From a bacterium (GTDB lineage Bacteria; Patescibacteriota; Patescibacteriia; UBA1558; S5-K13): a DNA stretch of 41,263 nt. A program made the position numbers and the translations under genes. How positions within the stretch are numbered: the first letter of the stretch is position 1; each line of letters starts with the position of its first letter. The notes under the pieces are model-generated. The model searched no databases. It was not told the origin of the DNA and saw only the letters and a program-made list of their open reading frames with translations. The stretch lies in the NCBI GenBank assembly GCA_029555085.1, contig JAKPTO010000013.1:1-41263 (forward strand), given 5' to 3'. This document shows positions 39,398 through 41,263 of this stretch, piece after piece.

Positions 39398-39715
39398 ATG
39401 GAATATTTAAACGAATCAACATTTGAAAATTTTATAAATAATAACAAAAATGTTGTTGTTGATTTTTTTGCAGATTGGTGTGGTCCATGTAAAATGTTGG
39501 CTCCAATATTGGAAGAATTAAGTAATGATTATAAAGATAAGGATATAAAAATAGTGAAATTAAATGTCGATGAGGCGGGTAATATTGCTCAAAAATTTGA
39601 TATAATGAGCATACCAACAATAATTTTTTTTCAAAATGGAAAAGTAAAAGATACTACAATTGGTTTAGTTTCAAAAGAAGTGTTAAATAATAAAATACAA
39701 GATTTAATAAAATAA
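39398..39715 (+). CDS. trxA: Thioredoxin
   Basis: VVDFFADWCGPCKML, KLNVDE, IMSIPT. Confidence 0.97.
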   Translation: MEYLNESTFENFINNNKNVVVDFFADWCGPCKMLAPILEELSNDYKDKDIKIVKLNVDEAGNIAQKFDIMSIPTIIFFQNGKVKDTTIGLVSKEVLNNKIQDLIK

Positions 39716-39760
39716 ATTAAACAATTTCATTATAATTTATAATTATAAGGCGGGAAAAAT

Positions 39761-40822
39761 ATGAGTACAAAAATAGAAAAAATTCTAATTCCACAAGATA
39801 TAAATTTTGATTCCATAGTAACGCTTTGTTTTTTGTATAATTATGGAACTGAAATTTTTTCAAATTTATCTAAAGCAGAAATAGAGTTTAGAGCATCTTT
39901 GCCTAGTGATAAAGAAATATCTACTTATATAAAAAATGGTATTTTACCAGTTATTCCAATTACAAAAGAATTCGCTCTTCAGGAATTAATGTCGTATGAA
40001 GATTTGAAATTAGATGATCATGTTATTGTGAATCATTTTTTATCATCTTTAAAATATTTTAAAAAAGATAAACTAGGAGAAAACAAGATTTTTTTATTAG
40101 AAAATATAGTGGAAATTTTCAAGAATAATAAAAATCCAGAAAAAGTAATAAAGATTTTTTTACCAATAATGAAAGAGCTTATAGAATATGGAGAGAAAAA
40201 TGAAAAAACTTTTTTTGAGTATTGTAAGGAGGCAGTAAAGGATGGTTTAATGACAAGTTTTATTGTTTCGCAAGACAATAAAGAATTAAAGGTTGTTTTT
40301 ATAGAATATAAAGAAAAAAATCCAGATTATTTAATAGAGTATCTTTTTTTTAAAAAAGAAGTTATGGCTGATGTTGTTGTTGTTTTTGGAGATAGGGGGA
40401 GTATTATCATCAAAGCTAAGATTGAAAAGAATATAGATTTATTAGATGTTATTGCGATTCTTAGAGTTGAAACAGCGAGAAAGAACAAGGTTCCATTTGA
40501 TAAAATTAATAAACATATTTTAAATCGCGCTGGAGTAATGTCCGGAGTGGAACATTGGGAATTTAATATAGATTCATTTACTATAACATCCCTAAAACCA
40601 ACACGTTTAGATAAATCTAATATAAAAAGAGCGCTATTGATTGGTATTGATTTGAATAAAATGGCAAAGGGAATGTGCCCATCGAAAGAAGGTTGCATAG
40701 GCAAGAAATGCGATTTTTATTCATACAATATGTTAAGGTGTCGCAAAAGAAGAGCTGGTGTGTCGGATAATTTCGAGCAAAAAAGTTCAAAAATTAATAA
40801 CATTAGAGTTTATAAAAAATAA
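39761..40822 (+). CDS. Hypothetical protein with C-terminal Cys cluster
   Basis: 353-aa ORF; CPSKEGCIGKKCDFYSYNMLRC (C-x4-C-x4-C-x9-C). Confidence 0.75.
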   Translation: MSTKIEKILIPQDINFDSIVTLCFLYNYGTEIFSNLSKAEIEFRASLPSDKEISTYIKNGILPVIPITKEFALQELMSYEDLKLDDHVIVNHFLSSLKYFKKDKLGENKIFLLENIVEIFKNNKNPEKVIKIFLPIMKELIEYGEKNEKTFFEYCKEAVKDGLMTSFIVSQDNKELKVVFIEYKEKNPDYLIEYLFFKKEVMADVVVVFGDRGSIIIKAKIEKNIDLLDVIAILRVETARKNKVPFDKINKHILNRAGVMSGVEHWEFNIDSFTITSLKPTRLDKSNIKRALLIGIDLNKMAKGMCPSKEGCIGKKCDFYSYNMLRCRKRRAGVSDNFEQKSSKINNIRVYKK

Positions 40823-40840
40823 AAATATTTGGAGGTTCTT

Positions 40841-41068
40841 GTGTTTAAAATTTTAAGAAGTGGTTTTTCCGATTTTGTTTGTCAGTGTGGCAGACAAATA
40901 ACAAAAGATGGAAAATATATTGGTGGATCTCTAAAATTAGACGAGAAAAGTCAAATAGGGGATTTTACCATAACTGGACAGTGTAACAATTGTGATTTTG
41001 TGCACACAATAAACACAGATGAATCGGGGAATATAGTCGCTATTCTGACAAGTCAATCAATCATTTAA
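40841..41068 (+). CDS. Small putative Zn-binding protein (SD-led orphan)
   Basis: GGAGG (40831-40835) lies 5 nt before an in-frame GTG at 40841, preferred over the TTG at 40829; FVCQCG and CNNC motifs. Confidence 0.6.
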   Translation: MFKILRSGFSDFVCQCGRQITKDGKYIGGSLKLDEKSQIGDFTITGQCNNCDFVHTINTDESGNIVAILTSQSII

Positions 41069-41073
41069 TAAAA

Positions 41074-41098
41074 AAGAGGGGCAATTAATGCCCTTTTT
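41074..41098 (+). terminator. Intrinsic terminator
   Basis: AAGAGGGGCA-ATTAA-TGCCCTTTTT. Confidence 0.75.
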
Positions 41099-41122
41099 GT
41101 TGTGTTAATTAATCTTTAATTA

Positions 41123-41172
41123 TGTACAGTTAACACTAATAGGTAACACTTGGTATACTTAGGGGTAACACT
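41123..41172 (+). mobile_element. Candidate IS481-type left end
   Basis: Starts TGT and carries three copies of TAACACT (41131, 41144, 41166), like iterated transposase-binding sites. Confidence 0.55.
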
Positions 41173-41209
41173 GTTAACTAAGAAAAATATATAAATAAAA
41201 AAAACATAT

Positions 41210-41263
41210 ATGCCTTTAAAACCAAGTTATCCAAAAGAAAAGCGAGTATTATGGTATTTAGGA
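41210..41263 (+). CDS. Probable transposase N-terminus (partial, runs off window)
   Basis: ATG at 41210 reads MPLKPSYPKEKRVLWYLG and is open to the edge, directly inside the candidate IS end. Only 18 codons are visible. Confidence 0.4.
   Translation, partial: MPLKPSYPKEKRVLWYLG

Noticed and set aside
806-40704. Numerous 60-130 aa ORFs antisense to or nested in long genes (e.g. 806-988, 7324-7668, 11009-11326, 21446-21757, 34582-34971, 40327-40704)
   Set aside because: They are shadow ORFs of well-supported genes, with the F/S/I/L-rich composition expected from the reverse complement of A-rich coding DNA.

Overview
AT-rich chromosomal segment that spans the replication origin. Gene content, the lack of Shine-Dalgarno (SD) motifs on core genes and the characteristic surface-protein repeats suggest a Patescibacteria/Parcubacteria (CPR)-like bacterium; this is inference, not a database result. 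Core content: tRNA-Leu, nusA, bactofilin, DAG-kinase-like gene, the rpmH-rnpA-yidD-yidC operon (minus strand), dnaA-oriC-dnaN with DnaA boxes on both sides of dnaA, rpoB-rpoC, tRNA-Gly, ftsK, a RodZ-like HTH gene, recA, a flippase plus O-antigen-ligase-family gene, tRNA-Ser, a PcrA/UvrD helicase and trxA. Both window ends run into outward-facing, probably IS481-type transposases. The most interesting signals are: (1) an unannotated promoter-driven, 127-nt rod-shaped RNA upstream of nusA, with a parallel structured leader and terminator before rpoBC; (2) tandem surface-protein units behind tRNA-Gly that share a 357-bp, 93%-identical module fused to different cargo (beta-propeller or nuclease) and also share a paralogous terminator-promoter spacer; (3) orphan genes with strong SD motifs inserted among SD-less core genes; (4) an integrase-less 1.7-kb micro-island bounded by a 45-bp tRNA-Ser repeat, carrying a deacetylase-fold/glutaredoxin-like fusion, a decayed tRNA-Met and an internally collapsed ISAs1. 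No CRISPR array, rRNA, reverse transcriptase or intact integrase was seen. All family assignments come from motif recognition by eye.
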